From Eledone cirrhosa (lineage: Eukaryota): 64,000 nucleotides of DNA. The stretch is from positions 378,448,001 through 378,512,000 of the forward strand of contig OZ024743.1 in NCBI GenBank assembly GCA_964016885.1. The letters run 5' to 3'. A program made the position numbers and the translations under genes. The notes beneath the pieces are model-generated. The model was not told where the DNA came from. It saw only the letters and a list, made by a program, of their open reading frames with translations, and ran no database searches. Of this stretch, positions 12,900 through 25,800 are shown one piece after another (the stretch's first letter is position 1; every line of letters starts with the position of its first letter).

Positions 12900-15800
12900 A
12901 AGAGAAACTGGGGTAGTGGTGGGGTGTAAAACTCTCTCTCTAGTGTATGAGAAACTGGGGTAGTGGTGGGGTGTAAAACTCTCTCTCTCTAGTGTAAGAG
13001 AAACTGGGGTAGTGGTGGGGTGTAAAACTCTCTCTCTCTCTCTAGTGTAAGAGAAACTGGGGTAGTGGTGGGGTGTAAAACTCTCTCTCTCTAGTGTAAG
13101 AGAAACTGGGGTAGTGGTGGGGTGTAAAACTCTCTCTCTCTCTCTAGTGTAAGAGAAACTGGGGTAGTGGTGGGGTGTAAAACTCTCTCTCTCTCTCTAG
13201 TGTAAGAGAAACTGGGGTAGTGGTGGGGTGTAAAACTCTCTCTCTAGTGTATGAGAAACTGGGGTAGTGGTGGGGTGTAAAACTCTCTCTCTCTAGTGTA
13301 AGAGAAACTGGGGTAGTGGTGGGGTGAAAAACTCTCTCTCTCTAGTGTAAGAGAAACTGGGGTAGTGGTGGGGTGTAAAACTCTCTCTCTCTCTCTAGTG
13401 TAAGAGAAACTGGGGTAGTGGTGGGGTGTAAAACTCTCTCTCTCTCTCTAGTGTAAGAGAGACTGGGGTAGTGGTGGGGTGTAAATCTCTCTCTCTAGTG
13501 TAGGAGAAACTGGCGTAGTGGTGGGGTGTAAAACTCTCTCTCTCTCTAGTGTAGGAGAAACTGGCGTAGTGGTGGGGTGTAAAACTCTCTCTCTCTCTCT
13601 CTAGTGTAAGAGAAACTGGGGTAGTGGTGGGGTGTAAAACTCTCTCTCTCCAGTGTATGAGAAACTGGGGTAGTGGTGGGGTGTGAAACTCTCTCTCTCT
13701 AGTGTATGAGAAACTGGGGTAGTGGTGGGGTGTAAAACTCTCTCTCTAGTGTAAGAGAAACTGGGGTAGTGGTGGGGTGTAAAACTCTCTCTCTCTCTCT
13801 CTCTCTAGTGTAGGAGAAACTGGGGTAGGGGTGGGGTGTAAAACTCTCTCTCTAGTGTAGGAGAAACTGGGGCAGTGGTGGGGTGTAAAACTCTCTCTCT
13901 AGTGTAGGAGAAACTGGGGCAGTGGTGGGGTGTAAAACTCTCTCTCTCTCTCTAGTGTAGGAGAAACTGGGGTAGTGGTGGGGTGTAAAACTCTCTCTCT
14001 CTCTCTAGTGTAGGAGAAACTGGGGTAGTGGTGGGGTGTAAAACTCTCTCTCTCTCTCTCTCTCTCTAGTGTAGGAGAAACTGGGGTAGTGGTGGGGTGT
14101 AAAACTCTCTCTCTAGTGTAGGAGAAACTGGGGTAGTGGTGGGGTGTAAAACTCTCTCTCTAGTGTAGGAGAAACTGGGGTAGTGGTGGGGTGTAAAACT
14201 CTCTCTCTATTGTAGGAGAAACTGGGGTAGTGGTGGGGTGTAAAACTCTCTCTCTAGTGTAGGAGAAACTGGGGTAGTGGTGGGGTGTAAAACTCTCTCT
14301 CTATTGTAGGAGAAACTGGGGTAGTGGTGGGGTGTAAAACTCTCTCTCTAGTGTAGGAGAAACTGGGGTAGTGGTGGGGTGTAAAACTCTCTCTCTAGTG
14401 TTGGAGAAACTGGGGTAGTGGTGGGGTGTAAAACTCTCTCTCTAGTGTAGGAGAAACTGGGGCAGTGGTGGGGTGTAAAACTCTCTCTCCATTGTAGGAG
14501 AAACTGGGGTAGTGGTGGGGTGTAAAACTCTCTCTCTAGTGTTGGAGAAACTGGGGTAGTGGTGGGGTGTAAAACTCTCTCTCTAGTGTAGGAGAAACTG
14601 GGGCAGTGGTGGGGTGTAAAACTCTCTCTCTAGTGTAGGAGAAACTGGGGCAGTGGTGGGGTGTAAAACTCTCTCTCTCTCTCTAGTGTAGGAGAAACTG
14701 GGGTAGTGGTGGGGTGTAAAACTCTCTCTCTCTAGTGTATGAGAAACTGGGGTAGTGGTGGGGTGTAAAACTCTCTCTCTCTCTCTAGTGTAGGAGAAAC
14801 TGGGGTAGTGGTGGGGTGTAAAACTCTCTCTCTCTCTCTCTCTAGTGTAGGAGGAACTGGGGTAGTGGTGGGGTGTAAAACTCTCTGTCTCTCTCTAGTG
14901 TAGGAGAAACTGGGGTAGTGGTGGGGTGTAAAACTCTCTCTCTCTCTCTAGTGTAGGAGAAACTGGGGTAGTGGTGGGGTGTAAAACTCTCTCTCTCTCT
15001 CTCTCTAGTGTAGGAGAAACTGGGGTAGTGGTGGTGTGTAAAACTCTCTGTCTCTCTCTAGTGTAGGAGAAACTGGGGTAGTGGTGGGGTGTAAAACTCT
15101 CTCTCTCTCTCTAGTGTAGGAGAAACTGGGGTAGTGGTGGGGTGTAAAACTCTCTCTCTCTCTCTCTCTAGTGTAGGAGAAACTGGGGTAGTGGTGGGGT
15201 GTAAAACTCTCTGTCTCTCTCTAGTGTAGGAGAAACTGGGGTAGTGGTGGGGTGTAAAACTCTCTCTCTCTCTCTAGTGTAGGAGAAACTGGGGTAGTGT
15301 TGGGGTGTAAAACTCTCTCTCTCTCTAGTGTAAGAGAAACTGGGGTAGTGGTGGGGTGTAAAACTCTCTCTCTCTCTCTAGTGTAAGAGAAACTGGGGTA
15401 GTGGTGGGGTGTAAAACTCTCTCTCTCTCTCTAGTGTAAGAGAAACTGGGGTAGTGGTGGGGTGTAAAACTCTCTCTCTAGTGTATGAGAAACTGGGGTA
15501 GTGGTGGGGTGTAAAACTCTCTCTCTCTAGTGTAAGAGAAACTGGGGTAGTGGTGGGGTGAAAAACTCTCTCTCTCTAGTGTAAGAGAAACTGGGGTAGT
15601 GGTGGGGTGTAAAACTCTCTCTCTCTCTCTAGTGTAAGAGAAACTGGGGTAGTGGTGGGGTGTAAATCTCTCTCTCTCTCTAGTGTAGGAGAAACTGGCG
15701 TAGTGGTGGGGTGTAAAACTCTCTCTCTCTCTCTCTAGTGTAAGAGAAACTGGGGTAGTGGTGGGGTGTAAAACTCTCTCTCTCTAGTGTATGAGAAACT

Positions 15801-18800
15801 GGGGTAGTGGTGGGGTGTAAAACTCTCTCTCTAGTGTAATAGAAACTCGGGTAGTGGTGGGGTGTAAAACGCTCTCTCTCTCTCTCCAGTGTATGAGAAA
15901 CTGGGGTAGTGGTGGGGTGTGAAACTCTCTCTCTCTAGTGTATGAGAAACTGGGGTAGTGGTGGGGTGTAAAACTCTCTCTCTAGTGTAAGAGAAACTGG
16001 GGTAGTGGTGGGGTGTAAAACTCTCTCTCTCTAGTGTATGAGAAACTGGGGTAGTGGTGGGGTGTGAAACTCTCTCTCTAGTGTAAGAGAAACTGGGGTA
16101 GTGGTGGGGTGTAAAACTCTCTCTCTCTAGTGTAGGAGAAACTGGGGTAGGGGTGGGGTGTAAAACTCTCTCTCTCTCTCTCTCTCTAGTGTAGGAGAAA
16201 CTGGGGTAGGGGTGGGGTGTAAAACTCTCTCTCTAGTGTAGGAGAAACTGGGGCAGTGGTGGGGTGTAAAACTCTCTCTCTAGTGTAGGAGAAACTGGGG
16301 CAGTGGTGGGGTGTAAAACTCTCTCTCTCTCTCTCTAGTGTAGGAGAAACTGGGGTAGTGGTGGGGTGTAAAACTCTCTCTCTCTCTCTAGTGTAGGAGA
16401 AACTGGGGTAGTGGTGGGGTGTAAAACTCTCTCTCTAGTGTAGGAGAAACTGGGGTAGTGGTGGGGTGTAAAACTCTCTCTCTAGTGTTGGAGAAACTGG
16501 GGTAGTGGTGGGGTGTAAAACTCTCTCTCTAGTGTAGGAGAAACTGGGGCAGTGGTGGGGTGTAAAACTCTCTCTCTATTGTAGGAGAAACTGGGGTAGT
16601 GGTGGGGTGTAAAACTCTCTCTCTAGTGTTGGAGAAACTGGGGTAGTGGTGGGGTGTAAAACTCTCTCTCTAGTGTAGGAGAAACTGGGGCAGTGGTGGG
16701 GTGTAAAACTCTCTCTCTAGTGTAGGAGAAACTGGGGCAGTGGTGGGGTGTAAAACTCTCTCTCTCTCTCTAGTGTAGGAGAAACTGGGGTAGTGGTGGG
16801 GTGTAAAACTCTCTCTCTCTCTCTAGTGTAGGAGAAACTGGGGTAGTGGTGGGGTGTAAAACTCTCTCTCTCTCTCTAGTGTAGGAGAAACTGGGGTAGT
16901 GGTGGGGTGTAAAACTCTCTCTCTCTCTCTCTCTAGTGTAGGAGGAACTGGGGTAGTGGTGGGGTGTAAAACTCTCTGTCTCTCTCTAGTGTAGGAGAAA
17001 CTGGGGTAGTGGTGGGGTGTAAAACTCTCTCTCTCTCTCTAGTGTAGGAGAAACTGGGGTAGTGGTGGGGTGTAAAACTCTCTCTCTCTCTCTCTCTCTA
17101 GTGTAGGAGAAACTGGGGTAGTGGTGGGGTGTAAAACTCTCTGTCTCTCTCTAGTGTAGGAGAAACTGGGGTAGTGGTGGGGTGTAAAACTCTCTCTCTC
17201 TCTCTAGTGTAGGAGAAACTGGGGTAGTGGTGGGGTGTAAAACTCTCTCTCTCTCTCTCTCTAGTGTAGGAGAAACTGGGGTAGTGGTGGGGTGTAAAAC
17301 TCTCTGTCTCTCTCTAGTGTAGGAGAAACTGGGGTAGTGGTGGGGTGTAAAACTCTCTCTCTCTCTCTAGTGTAGGAGAAACTGGGGTAGTGTTGGGGTG
17401 TAAAACTCTCTCTCTCTCTAGTGTAAGAGAAACTGGGGTAGTGGTGGGGTGTAAAACTCTCTCTCTCTCTCTAGTGTAAGAGAAACTGGGGTAGTGGTGG
17501 GGTGTAAAACTCTCTCTCTCTCTCTAGTGTAAGAGAAACTGGGGTAGTGGTGGGGTGTAAAACTCTCTCTCTAGTGTATGAGAAACTGGGGTAGTGGTGG
17601 GGTGTAAAACTCTCTCTCTCTAGTGTAAGAGAAACTGGGGTAGTGGTGGGGTGAAAAACTCTCTCTCTCTAGTGTAAGAGAAACTGGGGTAGTGGTGGGG
17701 TGTAAAACTCTCTCTCTCTCTCTAGTGTAAGAGAAACTGGGGTAGTGGTGGGGTGAAAATCTCTCTCTCTCTCTAGTGTAGGAGAAACTGGCGTAGTGGT
17801 GGGGTGTAAAACTCTCTCTCTCTCTCTCTAGTGTAAGAGAAACTGGGGTAGTGGTGGGGTGTAAAACTCTCTCTCTCTAGTGTATGAGAAACTGGGGTAG
17901 TGGTGGGGTGTAAAACTCTCTCTCTAGTGTAATAGAAACTGGGGTAGTGGTGGGGTGTAAAACTCTCTCTCTCTCTCTCCAGTGTATGAGAAACTGGGGT
18001 AGTGGTGGGGTGTGAAACTCTCTCTCTCTAGTGTATGAGAAACTGGGGTAGTGGTGGGGTGTAAAACTCTCTCTCTAGTGTAAGAGAAACTGGGGTAGTG
18101 GTGGGGTGTAAAACTCTCTCTCTCTAGTGTATGAGAAACTGGGGTAGTGGTGGGGTGTGAAACTCTCTCTCTAGTGTAAGAGAAACTGGGGTAGTGGTGG
18201 GGTGTAAAACTCTCTCTCTCTAGTGTAGGAGAAACTGGGGTAGGGGTGGGGTGTAAAACTCTCTCTCTCTCTCTCTCTCTAGTGTAGGAGAAACTGGGGT
18301 AGGGGTGGGGTGTAAAACTCTCTCTCTAGTGTAGGAGAAACTGGGGCAGTGGTGGGGTGTAAAACTCTCTCTCTAGTGTAGGAGAAACTGGGGCAGTGGT
18401 GGGGTGTAAAACTCTCTCTCTCTCTCTAGTGTAGGAGAAACTGGGGTAGTGGTGGGGTGTAAAACTCTCTCTCTCTCTCTAGTGTAGGAGAAACTGGGGT
18501 AGTGGTGGGGTGTAAAACTCTCTCTCTAGTGTAGTAGAAACTGGGGTAGTGGTGGGGTGTAAAACTCTCTCTCTCTCTCTCTCTAGTGTAGGAGAAACTG
18601 GGGTAGTGGTGGGGTGTAAAACTCTCTCTCTAGTGTAGGAGAAACTGGGGTAGTGGTGGGGTGTAAAACTCTCTCTCTAGTGTAGGAGAAACTGGGGTAG
18701 TGGTGGGGTGTAAAACTCTCTCTCTATTGTAGGAGAAACTGGGGTAGTGGTGGGGTGTAAAACTCTCTCTCTAGTGTAGGAGAAACTGGGGTAGTGGTGG

Positions 18801-19800
18801 GGTGTAAAACTCTCTCTCTATTGTAGGAGAAACTGGGGTAGTGGTGGGGTGTAAAACTCTCTCTCTAGTGTAGGAGAAACTGGGGTAGTGGTGGGGTGTA
18901 AAACTCTCTCTCTAGTGTTGGAGAAACTGGGGTAGTGGTGGGGTGTAAAACTCTCTCTCTAGTGTAGGAGAAACTGGGGCAGTGGTGGGGTGTAAAACTC
19001 TCTCTCTATTGTAGGAGAAACTGGGGTAGTGGTGGGGTGTAAAACTCTCTCTCTAGTGTTGGAGAAACTGGGGTAGTGGTGGGGTGTAAAACTCTCTCTC
19101 TAGTGTAGGAGAAACTGGGGCAGTGGTGGGGTGTAAAACTCTCTCTCTAGTGTAGGAGAAACTGGGGCAGTGGTGGGGTGTAAAACTCTCTCTCTCTCTC
19201 TAGTGTAGGAGAAACTGGGGTAGTGGTGGGGTGTAAAACTCTCTCTCTCTCTCTAGTGTAGGAGAAACTGGGGTAGTGGTGGGGTGTAAAACTCTCTCTC
19301 TCTCTCTAGTGTAGGAGAAACTGGGGTAGTGGTGGGGTGTAAAACTCTCTCTCTCTCTCTCTCTAGTGTAGGAGGAACTGGGGTAGTGGTGGGGTGTAAA
19401 ACTCTCTGTCTCTCTCTAGTGTAGGAGAAACTGGGGTAGTGGTGGGGTGTAAAACTCTCTCTCTAGTGTAGGAGAAACTGGGGTAGTGGTGGGGTGTAAA
19501 ACTCTCTCAGTCTCTCTCTCTAGTGTAGGAGAAACTGGGGTAGTGGTGGGGTGTAAAACTCTCTGTCTCTCTCTAGTGTAGGAGAAACTGGGGTAGTGGT
19601 GGGGTGTAAAACTCTCTCTCTCTCTCTAGTGTAGGAGAAACTGGGGTAGTGGTGGGGTGTAAAACTCTCTCTCTCTCTCTCTCTAGTGTAGGAGAAACTG
19701 GGGTAGTGGTGGGGTGTAAAACTCTCTGTCTCTCTCTAGTGTAGGAGAAACTGGGGTAGTGGTGGGGTGTAAAACTCTCTCTCTCTCTCTAGTGTAGGAG
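12900..19800 (+). repeat. Imperfect higher-order repeat, about three copies of a ~2.1-2.4 kb block
   Basis: Rare variants recur in order: GAGGAACT (14851, 16942, 19372), GTAGTGTTGGGG (~15294, ~17387), GTGAAAAACT (~13324, 15558, 17651), CTGGCGTAG (~13510, 15695, 17788), GTAATAGAAAC (15836, 17929). Offsets are about 2091-2093, 2230 and 2430. Confidence 0.85.
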
Positions 19801-22800
19801 AAACTGGGGTAGTGGTGGGGTGTAAAAATCTCTCTCTCTCTAGTGTAAGAGAAACTGGGGTAGTGGTGGGGTGTAAAACTCTCTCTCTCTCTAGTGTAAG
19901 AGAAACTGGGGTAGTGGTGGGGTGTAAAACTCTCTCTCTCTCTAGTGTAAGAGAAACTGGGGTAGTGGTGGGGTGTAAAACTCTCTCTCTAGTGTAAGAC
20001 AAACTGGGGTAGTGGTGGGGTGTAAAACTCTCTCTCTCTCTAGTGTAAGAGAAACTGGGGTAGTGGTGGGGTGTAAAACTCTCTCTCTAGTGTAAGAGAA
20101 ACTGGGGTAGTGGTGGGGTGTAAAACTCTCTCTCTCTCTAGTGTAAGAGAAACTGGGGTAGTGGTGGGGTGTAAAACTCTCTCTCTCTCTAGTGTAAGAG
20201 AAACTGGGGTAGTGGTGGGGTGTAAAACTCTCTCTCTAGTGTAAGAGAAACTGGGGTAGTGGTGGGGTGTAAAACTCTCTCTCTCTCTAGTGTAAGAGAA
20301 ACTGGGGTAGTGGTGGGGTGTAAAACTCTCTCTCTCTCTAGTGTAAGAGAAACTGGGGTAGTGGTGGGGTGTAAAACTCTCTCTCTCTAGTGTAAGAGAA
20401 ACTGGGGTAGTGGTGGGGTGTAAAACTCTCTCTCTCTAGTGTAAGCGAAACTGGGGTAGTGGTGGGGTGTAAAACTCTCTCTCTCTAGTGTAAGAGAAAC
20501 TGGGGTAGTGGTGGGGTGTAAAACTCTCTCTCTCTAGTGTAGGAGAAACTGGGGTAGTGGTGGGGTGTAAAACTCTCTCTCTCTAGTTTAAGAGAAACTG
20601 GGGTAGTGGTGGTGTGTAAAACTCTCTCTCTAGTGTAGGAGAAACTGGGGTACTGGTGGCGTGTAAAACTCTCTCTCTAGTGTATGAGAAACTGGGGTAG
20701 TGGTGGGGTGTAAAACTCTCTCTCTCTAGTGTAAGAGAAACTGGGGTAGTGGTGGGGTGTAAAACTCTCTCTCTCTAGTGTAAGAGAAACTGAGGTAGTG
20801 GTGGGGTGTAAAACTCTCTCTCTCTAGTGTAAGAGAAACTGAGGTAGTGGTGGGGTGTAAAACTCTCTCTCTCTAGTGTAGGAGAAACTGGGGTAGTGGT
20901 GGGGTGTAAAACTCTCTAGTGTAGGAGAAACTGGGGTAGTGGTGGGGTGTAAAACTCTCTCTCTCTAGTGTAAGAGAAACTGGGGTAGTGGTGGGGTGTA
21001 AAACTCTCTCTCTCTAGTGTAAGAGAAACTGGGGTAGTGGTGGGGTGTAAAACTCTCTCTCTAGTGTATGAGAAACTGGGGTAGTGGTGGGGTGTAAAAC
21101 TCTCTCTCTCTAGTGTAGGAGAAACTGGGGTAGTGGTGGGGTGTAAAACTCTCTCTCTCTAGTGTAAGAGAAACTGGGGTAGTGGTGGGGTGTAAACATT
21201 TCTAGTGTAGGAGAAACTGGGGTAGTGGTGGGGTGTAAAACTCTCTCTCTCTAGTGTAGGAGAAAATGGGGTAGTGGTGGGGTGTAAAACTCTCTCTCTC
21301 TAGTTTAAGAGAAACTGGGGTAGTGGTGGTGTGTAAAACTCTCTCTCTAGTGTAGGAGAAACTGGGGTAGTGGTGGGGTGTAAAACTATCTCTCTAGTGT
21401 ATGAGAAACTGGGGTAGTGGTGGGGTGTAAAGCTCTCTCTCTCTAGTGTAAGAGAAACTGGGGTTGTGGTGGGGTGTAAAACTCTCTCTCTCTCTAGTGT
21501 AAGAGAAATTGGGGTAGTGGTGGAGTGTAAAACTCTCTCTCTCTAGTGTAAGAGAAACTGGGGTAGTGGTGGGGTGTAAAACTCTCTCTAGTGTAGGAGA
21601 AACTGGGGTAGTGGTGGGGTGTAAAACTCTCTAGTGTAGGAGAAACTGGGGTAGTGGTGGGGTGTAAAACTCTCTCTCTCTAGTGTAAGAGAAACTGGGG
21701 TAGTGGTGGGGTGTAAAACTCTCTCTCTCTAGTGTAAGAGAAACTGGTGTAGTGGTGGGGTGTAAAACTCTCTCTCTCTAGTGTAAGAGAAACTGGGGTA
21801 GTGGTGGGGTGTAAAACTCTCTCTCTAGTGTATGAGAAACTGGGGTAGTGGTGGGGTGTAAAACTCTCTCTCTCTAGTGTAGGAGAAACTGGGGTAGTGG
21901 TGGGGTGTAAATCTCTCTCTCTCTCTAGTGTAGGAGAAACTGGGGTAGTGGTGGGGTGTAAAACTCTCTCTCTCTCTCTAGTGTAAGAGAAACTGGGGTA
22001 GTGGTGGGGTGTAAATCTCTCTCTCTCTAGTGTAAGAGAAACTGGGGTAGTGGTGGGGTGTAAAACTCTCTCTCTCTCTCTAGTGTAAGAGAAACTGGGG
22101 TAGTGGTGGGGTGTAAAACTCTCTCTCTCTAGTGTAAGAGAAACTGGGGTAGTGGTGGGGTGTAACTCTCTCTCTCTCTAGTGTAGGAGAAACTGGGGTA
22201 GTGGTGGGGTGTAAAACTCTCTCTCTCTCTCTAGTGTAAGAGAAACTGGGGTAGTGGTGGGGTGTAAAACTCTCTCTCTCTCTCTAGTGTAAGAGAAACT
22301 GGGGTAGTGGTGGAGTGTAAAACTCTCTCTCTCTAGTGTAAGAGAAACTGGGGTAGTGGTGGGGTGTAAAACTCTCTCTAGTGTAGGAGAAACTGGGGTA
22401 GTGGTGGGGTGTAAAACTCTCTAGTGTAGGAGAAACTGGGGTAGTGGTGGGGTGTAAAACTCTCTCTCTCTAGTGTAAGAGAAACTGGGGTAGTGGTGGG
22501 GTGTAAAACTCTCTCTCTCTAGTGTAAGAGAAACTGGTGTAGTGGTGGGGTGTAAAACTCTCTCTCTCTAGTGTAAGAGAAACTGGGGTAGTGGTGGGGT
22601 GTAAAACTCTCTCTCTAGTGTATGAGAAACTGGGGTAGTGGTGGGGTGTAAAACTCTCTCTCTCTAGTGTAGGAGAAACTGGGGTAGTGGTGGGGTGTAA
22701 ATCTCTCTCTCTCTCTAGTGTAGGAGAAACTGGGGTAGTGGTGGGGTGTAAAACTCTCTCTCTCTCTCTAGTGTAAGAGAAACTGGGGTAGTGGTGGGGT

Positions 22801-25800
22801 GTAAATCTCTCTCTCTCTAGTGTAAGAGAAACTGGGGTAGTGGTGGGGTGTAAAACTCTCTCTCTCTCTCTAGTGTAAGAGAAACTGGGGTAGTGGTGGG
22901 GTGTAAAACTCTCTCTCTCTAGTGTAAGAGAAACTGGGGTAGTGGTGGGGTGTAAAACTCTCTCTCTCTAGTGTAAGAGAAACTGGTGTAGTGGTGGGGT
23001 GTAAAACTCTCTCTCTCTAGTGTAAGAGAAACTGGGGTAGTGGTGGGGTGTAAAACTCTCTCTCTAGTGTATGAGAAACTGGGGTAGTGGTGGGGTGTAA
23101 AACTCTCTCTCTCTAGTGTAGGAGAAACTGGGGTAGTGGTGGGGTGTAAATCTCTCTCTCTCTCTAGTGTAGGAGAAACTGGGGTAGTGGTGGGGTGTAA
23201 AACTCTCTCTCTCTCTCTAGTGTAGGAGAAACTGGGGTAGTGGTGGGGTGTAAAACTCTCTCTCTAGTGTAATAGAAACTGGGGTAGTGGTGGGGTGTAA
23301 AACTCTCTCTCTCCAGTGTATGAGAAACTGGGGTAGTGGTGGGGTGTGAAACTCTCTCTCTCTAGTGTATGAGAAACTGGGGTAGTGGTGGGGTGTAAAA
23401 CTCTCTCTCTAGTGTAAGAGAAACTGGGGTAGTGGTGGGGTGTAAAACTCTCTCTCTCTAGTGTATGAGAAACTGGGGTAGTGGTGGGGTGTGAAACTCT
23501 CTCTCTAGTGTAAGAGAAACTGGGGTAGTGGTGGGGTGTAAAACTCTCTCTCTCTAGTGTAGGAGAAACTGGGGTAGGGATGGGGTGTAAAACTCTCTCT
23601 CTCTCTCTCTCTCTAGTGTAGGAGAAACTGGGGTAGGGGTGGGGTGTAAAACTCTCTCTCTAGTGTAGGAGAAACTGGGGCAGTGGTGGGGTGTAAAACT
23701 CTCTCTCTAGTGTAGGAGAAACTGGGGCAGTGGTGGGGTGTAAAACTCTCTCTCTCTCTCTAGTGTAGGAGAAACTGGGGTAGTGGTGGGGTGTAAAACT
23801 CTCTCTCTCTCTCTAGTGTAGGAGAAACTGGGGTAGTGGTGGGGTGTAAAACTCTCTCTCTAGTGTAGTAGAAACTGGGGTAGTGGTGGGGTGTAAAACT
23901 CTCTCTCTCTCTCTCTCTAGTGTAGGAGAAACTGGGGTAGTGGTGGGGTGTAAAACTCTCTCTCTAGTGTAGGAGAAACTGGGGTAGTGGTGGGGTGTAA
24001 AACTCTCTCTCTAGTGTAGGAGAAACTGGGGTAGTGGTGGGGTGTAAAACTCTCTCTCTATTGTAGGAGAAACTGGGGTAGTGGTGGGGTGTAAAACTCT
24101 CTCTCTAGTGTAGGAGAAACTGGGGTAGTGGTGGGGTGTAAAACTCTCTCTCTATTGTAGGAGAAACTGGGGTAGTGGTGGGGTGTAAAACTCTCTCTCT
24201 AGTGTAGGAGAAACTGGGGTAGTGGTGGGGTGTAAAACTCTCTCTCTAGTGTTGGAGAAACTGGGGTAGTGGTGGGGTGTAAAACTCTCTCTCTAGTGTA
24301 GGAGAAACTGGGGCAGTGGTGGGGTGTAAAACTCTCTCTCTATTGTAGGAGAAACTGGGGTAGTGGTGGGGTGTAAAACTCTCTCTCTAGTGTTGGAGAA
24401 ACTGGGGTAGTGGTGGGGTGTAAAACTCTCTCTCTAGTGTAGGAGAAACTGGGGCAGTGGTGGGGTGTAAAACTCTCTCTCTAGTGTAGGAGAAACTGGG
24501 GCAGTGGTGGGGTGTAAAACTCTCTCTCTCTCTCTAGTGTAGGAGAAACTGGGGTAGTGGTGGGGTGTAAAACTCTCTCTCTCTCTCTAGTGTAGGAGAA
24601 ACTGGGGTAGTGGTGGGGTGTAAAACTCTCTCTCTCTCTCTAGTGTAGGAGAAACTGGGGTAGTGGTGGGGTGTAAAACTCTCTCTCTCTCTCTCTCTAG
24701 TGTAGGAGGAACTGGGGTAGTGGTGGGGTGTAAAACTCTCTGTCTCTCTCTAGTGTAGGAGAAACTGGGGTAGTGGTGGGGTGTAAAACTCTCTCTCTAG
24801 TGTAGGAGAAACTGGGGTAGTGGTGGGGTGTAAAACTCTCTCAGTCTCTCTCTCTCTAGTGTAGGAGAAACTGGGGTAGTGGTGGGGTGTAAAACTCTCT
24901 GTCTCTCTCTAGTGTAGGAGAAACTGGGGTAGTGGTGGGGTGTAAAACTCTCTCTCTCTCTCTAGTGTAGGAGAAACTGGGGTAGTGGTGGGGTGTAAAA
25001 CTCTCTCTCTCTCTCTCTCTAGTGTAGGAGAAACTGGGGTAGTGGTGGGGTGTAAAACTCTCTGTCTCTCTCTAGTGTAGGAGAAACTGGGGTAGTGGTG
25101 GGGTGTAAAACTCTCTCTCTCTCTCTAGTGTAGGAGAAACTGGGGTAGTGGTGGGGTGTAAAAATCTCTCTCTCTCTAGTGTAAGAGAAACTGGGGTAGT
25201 GGTGGGGTGTAAAACTCTCTCTCTCTCTAGTGTAAGAGAAACTGGGGTAGTGGTGGGGTGTAAAACTCTCTCTCTCTCTAGTGTAAGAGAAACTGGGGTA
25301 GTGGTGGGGTGTAAAACTCTCTCTCTAGTGTAAGACAAACTGGGGTAGTGGTGGGGTGTAAAACTCTCTCTCTCTCTAGTGTAAGAGAAACTGGGGTAGT
25401 GGTGGGGTGTAAAACTCTCTCTCTAGTGTAAGAGAAACTGGGGTAGTGGTGGGGTGTAAAACTCTCTCTCTCTCTAGTGTAAGAGAAACTGGGGTAGTGG
25501 TGGGGTGTAAAACTCTCTCTCTCTCTAGTGTAAGAGAAACTGGGGTAGTGGTGGGGTGTAAAACTCTCTCTCTAGTGTAAGAGAAACTGGGGTAGTGGTG
25601 GGGTGTAAAACTCTCTCTCTCTCTAGTGTAAGAGAAACTGGGGTAGTGGTGGGGTGTAAAACTCTCTCTCTCTCTAGTGTAAGAGAAACTGGGGTAGTGG
25701 TGGGGTGTAAAACTCTCTCTCTCTAGTGTAAGAGAAACTGGGGTAGTGGTGGGGTGTAAAACTCTCTCTCTCTAGTGTAAGCGAAACTGGGGTAGTGGTG

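Noticed and set aside
1372-25333. Plus-strand ORFs encoding repeats of SLSSV(G/R)ETGVVVGCKTL
   Set aside because: They arise wherever consecutive monomers are 51 or 57 bp (multiples of 3). Starts are GTG within the repeat, lengths are under 100 aa, and other CT lengths shift the frame into TAG/TAA stops. The commonest monomer lengths (47, 49, 53) break frame, so there is no sign of coding constraint.
19736-25338. Two identical minus-strand ORFs (HPTTTPVSLTLERERVL repeats, mucin-like)
   Set aside because: These are antisense readings of the same (CT)7 runs. They are identical only because of the 5.3-kb duplication, and the TTG start comes from a single point variant.
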